From NCBI RefSeq assembly GCF_009914755.1, contig NC_060939.1: a stretch of 64,000 nt of DNA. One strand, written 5' to 3'. Source of the DNA: the human T2T-CHM13v2.0 reference genome, Homo sapiens. Positions 61,990-64,000 of the stretch are shown here, piece after piece (position 1 is the first letter of the stretch; each line of letters begins with the position of its first letter). Both the position numbers and the translations under genes were made by a program. Under the pieces are notes generated by a model. It saw nothing but the letters and a program-made list of their open reading frames with translations, ran no database searches and had not been told where the DNA came from.

Positions 61990-64000
61990 AAACTGACCTA
62001 CTACCAAACCGGTTGGAGTTCCTTATTTTATTACAGGGTCTGTTTTGACATTGAAGAAGCAGCTAACTGAGCAGGACCCCCTTCATTTCTTGTATCTCAA
62101 AAAGTATCAGAAGTGATGCCTTTGTCATTCAGCTGGTGGTATGTGGCAAACGTGGATTTGTACCCTGAACAATTGAGAACACTTCTACTTCAGCATGGAG
62201 TCTAGTATATTAGAATGAAATGGTCTAGTTACTTTCTGAAACTGGAAAAGTCTTAGTGAAAAAAGAGGAAGAGAGATTTAGGAGCTAATATCAACAGGAA
62301 TTGGGGATTGATTGGATGTGGCAGGTTAATAATTGGGTACCCATTTCAGGGCTTAGATAACCAGGGAGAGTAAAGGAATATTGGACTAGGGTTGAGGGTT
62401 GGTTGTGGAATCTAGTTTTAGATGTTTAAGATATCTAATGATGATATCCATCAGATACCTGAATAGCTAGATTTCAGGAATGAAACCTGGTTTGAAGATA
62501 AAGATTCAGGAGTAGGCCAGATACGGTGGCTCACACGTGTAATCCCAGCACTTTGGGAGGCCAAAGCCAGAGGATCACTTGAACCCAGGAGTTGGAGACT
62601 GGCCTGGGCAAGATGGCTCAGACCTCATGTCTACAAAAAATTAAAAAGCCAGGCGCAGTTGTGCGCACCTATAGTTTCAGCTATTTGGGAGACTGAGGCA
62701 AGAGGATCACTTGAGCCTAGGAATTTGAGGTGGCAGTAAGCTATGATCATGCCACTGCACTCCAGCCTGGGAAACAAAGCAAGACCCCATCTCAAAAAAA
62801 AATTTTTTAAGATTCAGGAGTAATTTAGATTTGAGGAATCATCAAAACCATAGTTTTGAAAGGAGTCATCCACGGAAAGCTAGGAATAAGACGACAGGCA
62901 ACCAAATGAAAGAAAATAAGTATTTAGAGGGAGAAGCAGAAGAGCCCACAAAAAAGAAGCATATGATACAAGAAAAAACCCAGGAGAGTGGTATTATGGG
63001 AAGCCAACGAAGAAAGGTTTGGGAAGAGAATGGTCAGCCTCATTGAACACTTCCAACAGAGAGGTACTGTTATCCCCATTTTATAGAAGAGAAAGCTTAG
63101 GTTAGGAGAGACAAAACAAATTTTCAAAGGTAAGTGGCAGGACCAGGATTTTAATCCAGGTCTGGATGCAGAGCTCTTGCTCTTAACCATCAATCATCAA
63201 GCAGTGATGTATCTTTGATGAAGCAGTGGTGGCAACAGAAACTTAAGGACTTGAAGACTGAATGAGTAGATATTGGACTACTTTTATTTCAGAAAGCTTT
63301 GATGTAGAGGGAAGAGGTTTTCAGAGGACAGAACTGTATTCATTACTCTGATATGAGAAACTTCTAATATTTGGGGAGAGAAGGGTAAAAAGGTAGTCTT
63401 TTTTAAGTATAGCATGGTGGAAACAGAGAATGCAAGAGTAGAGTTTTTGAGTTTTTCCACATTTGGGGGCAAGATGGTGCTTTGCTTCCAGGGATAGCAG
63501 TAAAGAAGCAATGCTTTCCACATTAATTTGACTTAGATTTTCTTTTAAAAATAAACTCTACTAGGGTGTGCAGGGTCAGTCTTTTGGGCATGTGAATTTG
63601 CAATTTTTCTTTTACTCTGGTGAGATAGGAGCTATTCTAACTTCTAGTATGGGGGTTGGTTGCTCATGTCATCAGAATTTGTAACAGAATTAGGAAAATG
63701 AAACCAAGAACATAATCACAGCTACGGATGTGGTTTTAGAAAACTGAAAGAGAGAGGCAGGAAAGTAGAAGTATGAACTAGCAATGAGAAAAAAGTATCC
63801 TTCTTGCTGAATAATATTGGGCAAAACTGTGCATTCCAAAGACAGTAAACCACTTTGGAGTGTGTCACTACAATGATTTTTGTTTTCAAGGAAAACTCAT
63901 TATTGTCTGATAATGGCTTAGTAGTTCATGTCGGACCAATCCTTCCATAAATAACAAATGTAAACAAGTGGTAAATATAAAATACTCTCTCGGTTTAACT

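Overview
This is human (primate) genomic DNA containing the complete + strand BBS4 gene (Bardet-Biedl syndrome 4, a TPR subunit of the BBSome). Its 16 GT-AG coding exons run from ATG 9559 to TAA 60883 and splice into a 1560-nt ORF (519 aa, [20 protein letters not shown]...ETSEQIREK). The gene has a CpG-island promoter with an RFX X-box flanked by two ETS sites, and tandem AATAAA signals at 61681 and 61748. Upstream, a well-formed minus-strand exon (3348-3526) probably belongs to the divergent HIGD2B transcript, whose coding exon lies outside the window. The rest is repeat-dense: about 60 Alus (including an AluYa5), solo LTRs (MER61, MER11, MER74-like), Tigger and hAT DNA transposons, and L1/L2/MIR remnants. 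Nearly all long ORFs in the supplied track are Alu or simple-repeat artefacts. The most unusual observations are: several fossil locally templated insertions (a 158-bp Alu-fragment copy with a snap-back palindrome, an ~80-bp copy inside a Tigger3 element, and a 32-bp inverted copy inside MER47A); an L1-retroposed, polyadenylated LTR fragment with a 19-bp TSD; a palindrome-rich candidate rare DNA-transposon end; an in-frame alternative first exon; and a strong antisense Alu bias across introns 1-6. I found no convincing new gene system. Repeat family names come from recalled consensus sequences and their boundaries are approximate unless a TSD is cited.
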